Shown: positions 22,610 to 33,012 of the stretch, piece after piece
Numbering within the stretch: the first letter of the stretch is position 1
Layout of the letters: the number at the start of each line of letters is the position of its first letter
NCBI GenBank assembly: GCA_963728705.1
Contig: CAVSLY010000021.1
Span: forward strand, 77,887-141,886
DNA from: an uncultured Gemmatimonadales bacterium
Lineage (GTDB): Bacteria; Gemmatimonadota; Gemmatimonadetes; Gemmatimonadales; GWC2-71-9
Length of the DNA stretch: 64,000 bases
Reading direction: 5' to 3'
The notes under the pieces: generated by a model
Seen by the model: only the letters and a program-made list of their open reading frames with translations
Databases searched by the model: none
Told to the model about the DNA's origin: nothing
Position numbers and translations under genes: made by a program

Positions 22610-25601
22610 TCAGAACCCCAGGTCGATCGAGAAGAAGAAGCTGCGACTCGGCGGGAACGGGGCCACGTCGATGTTCCGCACGATCGCCTGGTTGCCGAAG
22701 TTGCTGACCTCGGGATCCAGCCCCCGGTACGGGGTGAACCGCAGCAGATTGCGCCCGGTGAGCGAGAGTCGGGCGAGCCGGACATGTGCGCCCGAAGAGG
22801 CCCGAGGTGATCCGCTCCGGCAGATTGTAGAGAGGTTCACCTCCCGCAGCTTGAGGTACGTCCCGTACTGCACATAGGCGTCGGTGAACCCTGCGCCGAA
22901 GCGGGCGATCCGGCGCGCCTCCCCCGGCTCGATGAAGTCCTTGCTGTTCTGCCCCACGTCGTACAGGAACTCGGTCAGGTTGATGATGTCGCCGCCCTGC
23001 TTCCAGTCGAACAGGAAGCCCAGGGTGAAGCGGTGGAAGTCGATGTCGTTGGAGAACGACATCTGGAAATCGGGCTTGGCGTCGCCGACCTTGCCCGCGA
23101 TCGCGTTGCCGCTGGCGTCCGTCCCGATAGCCGAAGATCTGCGTCGGCGAGCTGCCCTCCTCGATCTGGAAGGTCCCGAGCGAGAGGCCGAAGCCGCCGG
23201 TCTGGAAGGTGGGGACCGTCGAGCTCGGTGATCTTGCTGCGATTGGCGAAGAACGTCGTGCGGAAGATCCAGTTGACGTCCCGGGTCTGGATCGGCTGCA
23301 GTGTGAGCGAGGCCTCGATCCCCCGGTTGCGCAGCCGGCTGCCTGAGCTGAAGACCCGGGTCTCCTGCCCCGCCGACGGCGCCAGCGTCTGCTCCAGCAG
23401 CAGATCGCGTGATGTTCCGCTGGTAGACCGTGAAGGTCAGCTGAGCCCGGCCGTTGGCCAGCGTCGCGTCGAAGCCGCCCTCGAACTCCTCCTGCCGCTC
23501 CGGCTGAATGTTGGGGTCACCCGCCCGGGTCCCGATGAAGGTGCCCGAAGTTGCCGCCGATCGTGCCGATGGTATCGGTGAGAACATGCGCGCCGAACAG
23601 GGCCCGGTTGCCGGTCTGCCCGTAGGCGCCCCGCAGCTTGAACTCGTCCACCCCCCGAACGGGCGCACGAACCGGTAGGAGGCCGCGAGCTTGGGATAGA
23701 AGAAGTACTTGTCGGGACTCCCGTTGGCGCTGCTCCGGTCGGCGCGGAGGCCGGCGGTGAGCAGCAGCCGGCGGTTGGCCAGCAGCACTTCTTCCTGGCC
23801 GAAGATGCCGAGGTCGCGCACCGGCTCGAGCCGGGAGGGCACCGTCTGGCTGGCCGCCTGCTGCGGGCTCTTCTGCCCGGTGAGCAGCGTGCGGCCCAGG
23901 ATCTGGGTGGCGAACAGCCGCCGCTCCTCGTACTGGATCCCAGCCGAGGTGGTCCACTGAGTGCCGTCGCTCCGAGTCGCCCGGCAGGATGACGTGTGGG
24001 TCGCGTTCAGCGCCAGATTGAGGTTGCGGTTCGACGACTTGCTGAGCACCACCGTGCCCGGCTGCCCGTCGTCGGCTCGAACTGCAGCTCCGGCGGCGAG
24101 ACGAGGTTGTTGTCCTGCTGGAAGTAGTCCACACCGCCGATGCCGATGAACTGCAGGTTGCTCCGGGCCGACCGGAAGGCCGACCAGCGCAGCGTGGTGG
24201 TGCCCAGAACCCGCCACACGTCCTCGTCATTCTTGAGGAACTGAGTAGGTCTGGAGCGGATTGCTGCGCCGAAAGGGTTGGCCGGGAAATCCGAGGGCCA
24301 GGTGTCGGCTCACTTGCCGGCTGGGCAGCAGATCGACGAAAGTTCGGCGTGATGGGGAAGACCAGGAAGGGGCTGGTGCCGCGAGTTGTCGTTGTTGGAG
24401 AGCCCGCGCTTCGAGAGGCTGTGGGTCCCGTTCAGGTTGACCTGCAGCTGGAAGCCGCCGCCCAGCTCCTGGTCGAGATTGGACCGCAGCGACTGCTTCT
24501 CGTAGCCGGTGTTGGTGGCGATGCCGCCGTCGTCCTTGACCAGCGCCGAGACGTAGTACCTGCGTGTTCTCGGTTCCGCCGCTCACGCTGGCGTTGGTCT
24601 CGTACGAGAACGGCTTGTGCGCCGAAGAGCTCCTTCTCGAAGTCGAACGTCCGGCCCGGCTGGAACAGCGGCCGTCACAGCGGCGGTGTCGCTGAAGACG
24701 CGCGAGGGCCTCGTCCAGCGTCGCGAAGGTCCGGCGAGCCCAGCTCGTTGGCCCGCTCGGTGACGCCGAACCGCTGGGTGATGTTGAACTGCGGCTTGCC
24801 CGACCTGGCCCCGCTTGGTGGTGATGATGATCGACGCCGTTGGTGGCCTTGGAGCCGTAGATCGCCGCGGCGCTCCGCCCTTCAGCACCTCGATCCGCTC
24901 GATGTCGTCGGGATTGAGGTCGGCGATGCGGTTGACCGGGTTGTCCTGGTTCCGCGGGTTGCCGCCGGCACTGGGCGCAGGTCACCGCGTTGGCGCCGTT
25001 GGGGATGGCGACGTTGCTGACCGCGATGCCGTCGACCACGTAGAGCGGCTCGAGCTCGCCGATGATGGTGGACACGCCCCGCAGGTTGACCTGGAGGCCG
25101 CCGCCGGGGGCGCCGGAGTTGGCCTGGATCGTAGCGCCCGGGAATCTTCCCCTGCAGCGCGCTCTCGAGCGTCGGCGTCGGCGCCCGCGTCAACTCGCTC
25201 GCGCACCACGGTCGCCACCGCGTTCGGAAGGTTCTGCTGCTCGACGCCGGTGGCCTGGCCGGTGATCACGATCTCTTCCAGCTTGAACACGTCGGGCTCG
25301 AGCGCCACGTCGACGGTCGCCTGGCCGGGCGGGCACCGCTCACCTGCTGCCGCTTGAACCCGATGCCGCGGACCATGAGGTTCGTCGGCCTGTCGGGCGC
25401 GTTCAGCGTGAACCGGCCATCGTTGTCCGGCCTGCGCGACGATCTGGGTCCCGAGGACCGCGATCGTGGCTTCGGGCAGTCCCTGCTCCGTCTGCGCGTT
25501 CGTGACGCGGCCGGTGATCTGGCGCACCTGTGCCTCCGCTGCGCTGAGCGCCCAGCAGGAGGAGAACGAGACGAGACGATGCCGTACACGCGATGGGCCA
25601 T
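22610..25601 (-). pseudogene. SusC/RagA-type TonB-dependent outer-membrane receptor, many frameshifts
   Basis: The ATG at 25601 is preceded by GGAGG. The N-terminus has a signal peptide and a carboxypeptidase-regulatory-like domain (AEAQVRQITGRVTNAQTEQGLPEATIAVLGT..DGRFTLNAP). Plug motifs follow (LEPLYVVDGIAV.., IEVLKGASAAAIYGSKATNGVIIITTK read across frames). The barrel ends ..PPSRSFFFSIDLGF-stop. Confidence 0.75.
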
Positions 25602-25651
25602 GGCGCCTCCGAGAAGTGATGATGCGTAAGTCTTCGTGCAATCGAATTGCA

Positions 25652-26960
25652 CTACAGTGCAGCGGATCTGTCGCTGATCGGCAAGACGCCGCACCGGAAC
25701 ACCTGGGGCGGCCAGGCGAGCAGCGGTGAGCCCGTCGAGCAGCCCAGGCGGTCGCCCCGCGCACGACCGTCGCGACGGCAGGCGTTCGGTCGTAGGTGAT
25801 ACAGCCAGTGATTCACATCGGGCGCATCGATGACGGCAAAGTCGGCCGACCTTGCCCGGCTCGAGCGACCCGACCTGCGCCTCCAGTCCGACCGCCCGCG
25901 CCGCGATCACGGTTGCCCCCTTGAGCGCTTCCGCGGGCGTCATCCGCTGGAGCGTGCAGGCCAGCGTCAGCGCGAACGGGCAGATGATAGCTCGGGGCCG
26001 AGCCGGGATTGAAGTCGGTGGCCACCGCGACCGCGACACCGGCCTCGATCCAGCGCCGCGCCGGCACCGGTGCCTGCCCCAAATAAAGTGACGCCAGTGG
26101 TAGGCTGACAGCCACAACCCCCGCTCGCGCCATGGCCGCGATCCCCGACTCCGACGCGCACTCCAGGTGATCCGCCGAGACGGCACCCACCTCGGCCGCG
26201 AGCTCCGCACCGCCGCCCTGGCTCAACTGATCGGCGTGGAGCTTGGCGCCGAGGCCCGCGACCCGGGCGGCCAGCAGCAGCCGTCGGGCCTCCTCTACGG
26301 TGAATGCCGACCGCTCCACGAAGACATCGCAGAACGCGGCGAGCCTCTCCCGCGCGATCTGCGGGAGGAGATCGTCGATCAGCAGCGCGAGGTAGCCGGC
26401 GCGATCATGGTGGAATTCAGGCGGCACGACGTGCGCGCCGAGAAACGTCGGCACGAGGCGGACCGGCTGGGTGCCGGCGAGGGTGCGGTAGACCTGAAGC
26501 AGGGCAAGCTCGTGCTCGCGGTCGAGCCCGTAGCCGCTCTTGCACTCGACCGTGGTGACACCGAGGGAGACCATCTCGCGGAGGAACCCGGCCGAGCGCT
26601 CGCACCAGCGACGCGTCGGGACGCCTCGCGGGTGAGCCGCATGGTCCGCGCAATCCCGCCGCCGCCCGCCGCGATGTCCAGGTAGCTCCGGCCGAGAATC
26701 CGCTGCTCGAACTCATCGGCGCGCCATCCGCCGAAGGCGAGGTGGGTATGGCAGTCGACCAGCCCCGGGATCACCAGCCGTCCACCGGCGTCGAGCCGAT
26801 CCGCGCCGGCGTACTCGGGCGGCAGCTCCCTCCGAGGTCCCGCCCACCGGATCGTATCACCCTCCCAGGCCAGCGCCCCGTCCTGGATGGCGTGGATGTC
26901 CGCCTGCCCGCCGTCGGCGCGACAGGTTGCGAGCTGGCTGATGCCTTCGAGGATGAACAT
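25652..26960 (-). CDS. hutI: imidazolonepropionase, 2-3 frameshifts
   Basis: Fragments: [41 protein letters not shown]; [12 protein letters not shown]..; [27 protein letters not shown]; [11 protein letters not shown]; [25 protein letters not shown]. The first minus-strand stop in the final frame is at 25652. Confidence 0.8.
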
Positions 26961-27020
26961 GGCGGGCGCCGGCGGCTAGAGGTGCGGCGAAGGTGTGGCA
27001 TGATCTTCACCGGCGAAGGG

Positions 27021-28691
27021 TCACCGGTTGACCATCGGCAGGTCGACGCCTCGCTCCCGTGCCGTGTCGATCGCAAGGTCGTACCCCGCGTCAGCGTGCC
27101 GCATGACGCCGGTTCCAGGATCGGCGCGTGAGCACCCGCTCGAGCCGGCGATCCGCCATGGCGGTGCCGTCGGCGACGGCCACCATGCCAGCGTGGATCG
27201 AGTAGCCGATGCCGACAGCCCCGCCGTGGTGGAGCGAGACCCAGCTCGCACCGCAGGCCGTGTTGAGCAGGGCATTGAGCAGCGGCCAGTCGGCGATCGC
27301 GTCGCGAGCCGTCCTTCATCCCCTCGGTCTCCCGGTTGGGCGAAGCCACCGAGCCGGTGTCGAGGTGGTCCCGGCCGATCACGATCGGCGCCCGCACCTT
27401 GCCGTGCTTCACCAGCCAGTTGAACCGAAGACCCATCTCGGCCCGCTCTCCGTATTCGAGCCAGCAGATCCGGGCCGGGAGTCCCTGGAATTGGACCCGC
27501 TCCTGCGCCTGCCGGATCCAGCGCGCCAGCGCGTCCTTCTTCGGGAAGGTTTCGAGCACCGCCTGGTCGGTGACGGCGATGTCGGCCGGGTCGCCCGAGA
27601 GAGCGGCCCAGCGAAACGGGCCGGCTCCCCGGCAGAAAAGCGGTCGGATGAAGGCCGGAACGAAGCCGGGGATGTCGAACGCCTCGGGCATGCCTCGGCG
27701 GTCGGCCACCTGGCCCCGCAGGTTGTTGCCGTAGTCGAAGGTGACGGCACCCTTGGCCATGAGCTCCCGCATGGCCCGGACGTGCACCACCATCGAATCG
27801 AGCACCCGGTTCTCGTATCCCGCCGGATCGCTCTCGCGGAGCACGGCCGCCTCGTCGAGCGAGAGCCGGCTCGGGATGTACCCGACGCGCAGATCGTGCG
27901 CCGAGGTCTGGTCGGTCAGCACGTCGGGCACGACACCCCGCCGGACCAGCTCCGGGCAGCACCTCGGCGATGTTGCCCACCAGACCCACGGCCAGCGGCC
28001 GCCGCCGCGCGCGCGCCTCCTCGACCAGCCGAAGCGCCGTGTCCAGGTCGTGCTCGAGCCGGTCGCAGTAGCGGGTCTCGACCCGGCGGCGGATGCGCGA
28101 CTCGTCCACGTCCACGCCGAGGAAGGCGGCCCCGTTCATCGTGGCGGCGAGCGGCTGGGCGCCGCCCATCCCGCCCAGGCCGCCGGTCACGACCAGCCGC
28201 CCTTCGAGCGACCCGCCGAAGTGCTGACGGGCGCACTCGGCGAAGGTCTCGTAGGTCCCCTGGAGGATGCCCTGCGTGCCGATGTAGATCCACGAGCCCG
28301 CCGTCATCTGGCCGTACATCGTGAGGCCGAGGGCGTCGAGCCGGCGGAACTCGTCCCAGGTAGCCCAGCGCGGCACCAGGTGCGCGTTCGCGATCAGCAC
28401 CCGCGGCGCCTCCTCGTGCGTCCGGAACACGCCCACCGGCTTGCCGCTCTGCACCAGCAGGGTCTCGTCGTTCCCGAGCCGGCGGAGCGTGGCCACGATC
28501 TTCTCGTAGCATTCCCAGTTCCGCGCAGCCTTCCCACCGCCGCCGTAGACGATCAGCTCCTCCGGCCGTTCGGCGACGGCCGGGTCGAGATTGTTCATCA
28601 GCATGCGGAGCGCCGCCTCCTGGTGCCACCCCTTGCAGGAGAGGGTGGTCCCGGTGGGCGCGGTGATCGGCGCGTGGGCAAGGGTGGTCAT
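27021..28691 (-). CDS. hutU: urocanate hydratase, two compensating frameshifts
   Basis: The sequence starts [96 protein letters not shown]. The middle part is in the frame of ORF 26771..27931 ([43 protein letters not shown]). The end returns to the first frame ([19 protein letters not shown]-stop). The total length is 1671 nt. Confidence 0.88.
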   Translation of the reverse strand: MTTLAHAPITAPTGTTLSCKGWHQEAALRMLMNNLDPAVAERPEELIVYGGGGKAARNWECYEKIVATLRRLGNDETLLVQSGKPVGVFRTHEEAPRVLIANAHLVPRWATWDEFRRLDALGLTMYGQMTAGSWIYIGTQGILQGTYETFAECARQHFGGSLEGRLVVTGGLGGMGGAQPLAATMNGAAFLGVDVDESRIRRRVETRYCDRLEHDLDTALRLVEEARARRRPLAVGLVGNIAEVLPGAGPAGCRARRADRPDLGARSARRVHPEPALARRGGRAPRERSGGIREPGARFDGGARPGHAGAHGQGCRHLRLRQQPAGPGGRPPRHARGVRHPRLRSGLHPTAFLPGSRPVSLGRSLGRPGRHRRHRPGGARNLPEEGRAGALDPAGAGAGPIPGTPGPDLLARIRRAGRDGSSVQLAGEARQGAGADRDRPGPPRHRLGGFAQPGDRGDEGRLATRSPTGRCSMPCSTRPAVRAGSRSTTAGLSASATRSTLAWWPSPTAPPWRIAGSSGCSRADPGTGVMRHADAGYDLAIDTARERGVDLPMVNR

Positions 28692-28788
28692 GGCGAGGAA
28701 TCTACGCGCGCGCTTCGGCTTCACCAATCCGGCCGGACGCGGCGGGCGTACATCAATCGGCTGAATACACTGACCCGCGGAGAACGCA

Positions 28789-29127
28789 ATGCAGGCAATC
28801 CCGGTGGTGCTGGCCGTGGTGGCCGGAGTTCTGACGACAGCAGGCCCGGCGACCGTGGAGATCCGCACCTTCCAGTTCACCAGCGCGGTGCTCGAGGTCT
28901 CCGTCGGTATCGAGGTCGTATTGGTCAACCAGGACGCGATCGAGCACACCGTCACCAGCGGCGTGCCCGACAGCGCGGATGACGGGTTTGCCGGACGTCT
29001 GCCTGCCAGCGGCGCCACGTTCAGCCACACCTTCGACCGGGCCGGCATCTATCGCTACTTCTGCCACCGGCACCGCGCCATGCGAGGCGAGATCCGCGTC
29101 GCACCCCCTACCCACGGAGAGTCCTGA
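28789..29127 (+). CDS. cupredoxin (plastocyanin/amicyanin-like blue copper protein)
   Basis: 112 aa with a signal peptide. The candidate copper ligand pattern is IEHTV ... [11 protein letters not shown] (His, Cys, His, Met). Confidence 0.7.
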   Translation: MQAIPVVLAVVAGVLTTAGPATVEIRTFQFTSAVLEVSVGIEVVLVNQDAIEHTVTSGVPDSADDGFAGRLPASGATFSHTFDRAGIYRYFCHRHRAMRGEIRVAPPTHGES

Positions 29128-29129
29128 TC

Positions 29130-29678
29130 ATGTCCCTGCTGTCCAGGCTGTGCCCCGGCGCCGCGACCACCGTGGTCGCCCTCATGCTCGCCGCCGCCCC
29201 GGCCGCGGCGCAGTCGTCCGCGTCCGATCTCCGGACCGCGCTCAACACCACCCTGGCCGAGCACGTGTGGCTCGCCGCCGCCGCGACCGAGGCCGCGCTG
29301 GGCGGCCGAGGCGGTGAGTTCAAGGACGCTGCCGGCGCGCTCGACGCCAACAGCGTCGCGCTCAGCCAGCCCATCGGCTCGGTCTATGGCGATGGCGCCG
29401 AGTCCGCCTTCCTCGCGCTCTGGCGGACCCACATTGGCTACGTCGTGGACTACACCACAGGCGTGGCCAAGAAGGACCGGGCGATGCAGGAGAAGGCCGT
29501 GAAGGACCTGGTCGGCTACGCCGACGATTTCGGCGCCTTCCTGGCGTCGGCCAACCCCAATCTCCCGAAGGAGGTCGTGGCCGGGTTGGTGCGTGATCAC
29601 GTCGTGGGTCTCAAGGCCGTCGTCGACGCCCAGGCCAAGGGCGACTGGGTGACCAGTTTCCGGACAAGTTCGCGATGA
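29130..29678 (+). CDS. secreted hypothetical protein (helical, Ala-rich)
   Basis: 182-aa ORF starting 3 nt after the cupredoxin stop, with a signal peptide ending AAPAAAQS. I recognise no family. Confidence 0.5.
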   Translation: MSLLSRLCPGAATTVVALMLAAAPAAAQSSASDLRTALNTTLAEHVWLAAAATEAALGGRGGEFKDAAGALDANSVALSQPIGSVYGDGAESAFLALWRTHIGYVVDYTTGVAKKDRAMQEKAVKDLVGYADDFGAFLASANPNLPKEVVAGLVRDHVVGLKAVVDAQAKGDWVTSFRTSSR

Positions 29679-29682
29679 GGTA

Positions 29683-29828
29683 GGGGGGAGGACGGACGGA
29701 AGGACGGAAGCGGAAGGACGGAAAGACGGAAGGACGGTCGGTCGGACGGCGGTCGGCTCCTATTCTCTTTCCGTCTTTCCGTCTTTCCGTCTTTCCGTCC
29801 TTCCGTCCGTCCTTCCGTCTTCCGCCCC
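29683..29828. repeat. long imperfect inverted repeat built from purine-rich 9-mers (GGAAGGACG / GGAAAGACG) and their complement
   Basis: The left arm is GGGGGGAGGACGGACGGAAGGACGGAAGCGGAAGGACGGAAAGACGGAAGGACGG. The right arm is CTTTCCGTCTTTCCGTCTTTCCGTCTTTCCGTCCTTCCGTCCGTCCTTCCGTCTTCCGCCCC. It begins 5 nt after the stop of 29130..29678 and probably acts as a terminator hairpin. Confidence 0.8.
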
Positions 29829-29871
29829 TTCCTGCAACCTTTTGAGCCGCCAGTCGATCCAACCCCCCGCG

Positions 29872-30444
29872 ATGACCCCACCAGGGACTGGAGCAGCGAC
29901 GCTGGAGCACCAGGCACTCGGCAGGACCGACCCGGACGCGGTAGACGCGACGCTGGCCGCCAGCGGGGACGCGCACGCCTTCGAGCGGCTCTACCGCGGC
30001 CACGTGGCCCGGATCTCGAGCCTTGCCCGCCGGATGCTGGGCGACGAGGACGCGGACGATGTCATCCAGGACGTCTTCGTCCGTGCCTGGCAGAAGCTAG
30101 GGACGTTTCGGGGAGAAGCGGCGTTCGGCACCTGGCTCCACCGGCTGGCCGTGAACGTCATCCTCGGCCGGCGGGAGACCCTGGGCATCCGTCGCCAGCG
30201 GCACCTGGATGGGGACGCGGCGCTGGAGATGATCCCGGGACGCCGCACGACGCCGGAGATCGCCATGGACTTCGAGAGGGCGATCGAGCGGCTCCCGGAA
30301 GGAGCGCGGCAGGTGTTCGTCCTGCACGACATGGAAGGCTATCGGCACGAGGAGATCGCCCAGAAGCTGGGCCTCGCGACCGGCACCTCGAAGTCCCAGC
30401 TGCACCGGGCCCGCATGGCCCTCCGGCAGCATCTCGAGCGGTGA
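29872..30444 (+). CDS. ECF-type RNA polymerase sigma-70 factor
   Basis: Region 2 reads FERLYRGHVARISSLARRMLGDEDADDVIQDVFVRAWQKLGTFRGEAAFGTWLHRLAVN. Region 4 reads LPEGARQVFVLHDMEGYRHEEIAQKLGLATGTSKSQLHRARMAL. The start is taken at ATG 29872; the track ORF begins at TTG 29842. Confidence 0.85.
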   Translation: MTPPGTGAATLEHQALGRTDPDAVDATLAASGDAHAFERLYRGHVARISSLARRMLGDEDADDVIQDVFVRAWQKLGTFRGEAAFGTWLHRLAVNVILGRRETLGIRRQRHLDGDAALEMIPGRRTTPEIAMDFERAIERLPEGARQVFVLHDMEGYRHEEIAQKLGLATGTSKSQLHRARMALRQHLER

Positions 30445-30454
30445 GGAGCACGAC

Positions 30455-31186
30455 ATGACCGACCACTGGACCGACCGGCTCTCCGAGTACCTCGACGACG
30501 AACTCACGCCCGATGAGCAGGCGGCGGTTGAGGGGCACCTCAGGCACTGCGTGGCCTGTGGCGCGGCGCTCGCCGACCTCAAGCGGATCGTCGTCCGGGC
30601 GCAGAGTCTCGAGGATCGGCCGCCGGCGCGGGACCTCTGGCCCGCCATCGCGGCGCGCATCGGCGCCTCCCCGGCTACGGCCGAGCGTGCCGACGTCGTG
30701 GCTATCGGGGCCGCGCGGCGGCGCTGGTCCTTCTCGCTGCCGCAGCTCGCGGCCGCCGGTATCGCGCTCATGGCGCTCTCGGGCGGGGCGGCGTGGCTGC
30801 TCCACCCGGTCACCTCGACGGTCGTGGTCGCCCGAGGTCCCGCGGCAGAGCCGAGCGTGACGCCGGGGCTCACGCCGGCGCTGGCGCCGAGCGGCTCGTT
30901 TCGGATTGGGCTCAGCCCGTCGCGCCGCGCGGCCGGGCTCAGCTACGATGCCGCCGTCGCCGACCTCGAGGGCGTGCTGACCGCCGGTCGCGGCCGGCTC
31001 GATTCGACCACGGTGCGGGTCATCGAACGAAACCTCGCGACCATCGACAGCGCCATCGCCCAGGCGCAGGGAGCCGTGGCCGCCGACTCGGCGAATGCGT
31101 ACCTCAATTCGCACCTGGCCGAAACCATGCGGCGCAAGCTCGAGCTGTTGCGTCAGGCGGCTGCGCTCGTCACCTCGGTAAGCTGA
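30455..31186 (+). CDS. zf-HC2 anti-sigma factor, single-pass membrane protein
   Basis: It lies immediately downstream of the ECF sigma gene. The N-terminus has H..C..C (LSEYLDDELTPDEQAAVEGHLRHCVACGAAL). One TM segment is present (LPQLAAAGIALMALSGGAAWLL). Confidence 0.8.
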   Translation: MTDHWTDRLSEYLDDELTPDEQAAVEGHLRHCVACGAALADLKRIVVRAQSLEDRPPARDLWPAIAARIGASPATAERADVVAIGAARRRWSFSLPQLAAAGIALMALSGGAAWLLHPVTSTVVVARGPAAEPSVTPGLTPALAPSGSFRIGLSPSRRAAGLSYDAAVADLEGVLTAGRGRLDSTTVRVIERNLATIDSAIAQAQGAVAADSANAYLNSHLAETMRRKLELLRQAAALVTSVS

Positions 31187-31197
31187 AAGGACTGACC

Positions 31198-32130
31198 GTG
31201 CTCTTCTCACTGGCCACTAGCGCCCTCACGGCGCTCGCGCTCGTCCAGCAGATCGACACGACCGTGCCGGCCCAGCAGGGCCAGCGGCTGGTGGTCGACG
31301 GGTACGCCGGCGAGATCGACATCAAGACCTGGGGACGGAATGCGGTCCGGGTCGAGGCTGATCCCTCGTCGCGCTCATCGGTCGAGGTCGTGAGCTCGGG
31401 CGTCTCCGTCACCGTGCGCACGGAAGGGCGGCGCGGACCGCCGGCCTCAGTGGACCTCACCATCACCGTGCCAGCCTGGATGGGCCTCGACCTGTCCGGC
31501 GTGTACACCGATGTGACAGTCGTCGGCGTCCGCGCGCCCATCTCGGTGGAGACGGTCCAGGGCGAGGTCGACGTAACCGGCGGCGAGGGGCTCGTGAGCC
31601 TGCGCTCGGTCCAGGGCCACGTCCACCTGAAGGGCGCCAAGGGACGGATCGACGTGCACTCGGTCAACGAGGACGTTTGGGTGAGCGATGCGAGCGGCGA
31701 GATCGTCGCCGAGACGGTGAACGGAGAGATTGTCCTGCAGCGGGTGGATGCGACCAGCCTGGACGCGGGCACGGTCAACGGCGATGTGGGTTACGACGGA
31801 CCGGTCCGGAGCGGGGGCCGTTACGCGCTCTCCAGCCACAACGGCGACGTGACGCTCGCCATGGCCGAGAGCGCCAGCGCGACGGTCTCGGTCAGCACGT
31901 ACAACGGCGAGTTCGAGTCGGCATTCCCGGTGACCCTCCGGGAAACCCGGAAGGGCAAGCGGTTCAGCTTCGTGGTCGGGGCCGGCAGCGCGCAGGTCTC
32001 TCTCGAATCGTTCCAGGGAACGGTGTCGCTGGTGCGGCCAGGTCAGCTCCAGCGATCGAGCGAGGACGACCACGATCGAGACCACGACAAAGATCGTGCC
32101 CACGATGGGGCCGATGATCCGGATCGCTGA
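31198..32130 (+). CDS. DUF4097-like beta-helical putative adhesin/stress protein
   Basis: The GTG at 31198 is preceded by AAGGA. Repetitive motifs are present (G.V.V....G.V.V.SVNG.V: VETVQGEVDVTGGEG, LRSVQGHVHLKGAKGRIDVHSVNEDVWV, AETVNGEIVL, GTVNGDVGY, SSHNGDVTL). The C-terminal tail is acidic and His-rich. Confidence 0.7.
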   Translation: MLFSLATSALTALALVQQIDTTVPAQQGQRLVVDGYAGEIDIKTWGRNAVRVEADPSSRSSVEVVSSGVSVTVRTEGRRGPPASVDLTITVPAWMGLDLSGVYTDVTVVGVRAPISVETVQGEVDVTGGEGLVSLRSVQGHVHLKGAKGRIDVHSVNEDVWVSDASGEIVAETVNGEIVLQRVDATSLDAGTVNGDVGYDGPVRSGGRYALSSHNGDVTLAMAESASATVSVSTYNGEFESAFPVTLRETRKGKRFSFVVGAGSAQVSLESFQGTVSLVRPGQLQRSSEDDHDRDHDKDRAHDGADDPDR

Positions 32131-32348
32131 GGTCGCGGGTGCCGTCGCAATATGACCGGAGTGCGCCCACACGCGTCACGGCGGCTCGTGGGTGAAGCAG
32201 AAATAGACAGCCAAAACCGCCGTGCTGCCGGAACTTCTTTCCGCCGCGACAATACCCTGCCCACATGAGCTTTACCTCGCCGTCTCCTGCTCGCTGTATC
32301 AGACCTGGCCGTCAATAATCCTCACGCTGTGGCAAAAAATGCCACGGC

Positions 32349-32364
32349 TGGCACAGGTCTTGTA
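32349..32364 (+). promoter_or_regulatory. candidate sigma54 (-24/-12) promoter TGGCAC-N5-TTGTA
   Basis: The sequence is TGGCACAGGTCTTGTA, one mismatch from TGGCAC-N5-TTGC, about 85 nt upstream of ATG 32447. The palindrome GTGGCAAAAAATGCCAC (32329-32345) lies directly upstream. Confidence 0.4.
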
Positions 32365-32446
32365 AACCCGCCCCACTCAGTCGCATAGCGACCCCCCTGT
32401 AGGATCGGCGTCTTGACCCATCCACCCTTTGCTCTGGAGTGCCTCG

Positions 32447-33007
32447 ATGCAGCGCCCCCTGAACCGCGCCTTGGCCGGCGCCGCGGCTCTTGCCCTGGCC
32501 CTGGCCAGTACCGCCGAGGCGCAGGTCGGCCTCACGTCCAACACCGCGACCGTCACGCTCAACGCGACCAAGCTGTCGACCCTGACCGTCGCCCCGAGCA
32601 CCGGGACGGCGTCGCTTGCCAGCATCACCGACAACTCGAACGCGAACGTCTTCTCCGCCGTCAGCATTCAGACGGACTGGAACCTGACCGCGGGCACCTC
32701 GGTGCGCCTGATGGGCTGGTTCGCAACCCCCGCGTCCGCGCTTGCCAACGGCGCCGCGGTCATTCCGTCGTCGAAGGTCGAAGGCGGCATCAACGGCGGC
32801 GGCTGGACGCCGTTCACCGGCGCTGCGGTCGGCGGTGTCGGCGTGGCGGGCGGAAGCCTGCAGCTCTTCAGCCAGGCGGTCGCAGCGGCCAATTACTTCG
32901 GCACCCGGACGGACAACCTGGACCTGCGCCTGAACCTGGCCGGCTTCCCGGCGACCACCGCCGGTGTCTACACCGGTACGCTCAACGTCCAGGCCGTGGT
33001 CCAGTAG
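32447..33007 (+). CDS. secreted fimbrial-subunit-like protein, paralog 1
   Basis: The ATG is preceded by GGAG, and the signal peptide ends STAEA-Q. It shares conserved blocks with the next two ORFs and ends AGVYTGTLNVQAVVQ-stop. Confidence 0.6.
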   Translation: MQRPLNRALAGAAALALALASTAEAQVGLTSNTATVTLNATKLSTLTVAPSTGTASLASITDNSNANVFSAVSIQTDWNLTAGTSVRLMGWFATPASALANGAAVIPSSKVEGGINGGGWTPFTGAAVGGVGVAGGSLQLFSQAVAAANYFGTRTDNLDLRLNLAGFPATTAGVYTGTLNVQAVVQ

Positions 33008-33012
33008 CCTGA

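Noticed and set aside
29683-29828. Possible CRISPR array, because of short tandem repeats
   Set aside because: The units are about 9 nt and contiguous, with no unique spacers. The second half is simply the complement of the first. No cas genes are nearby.
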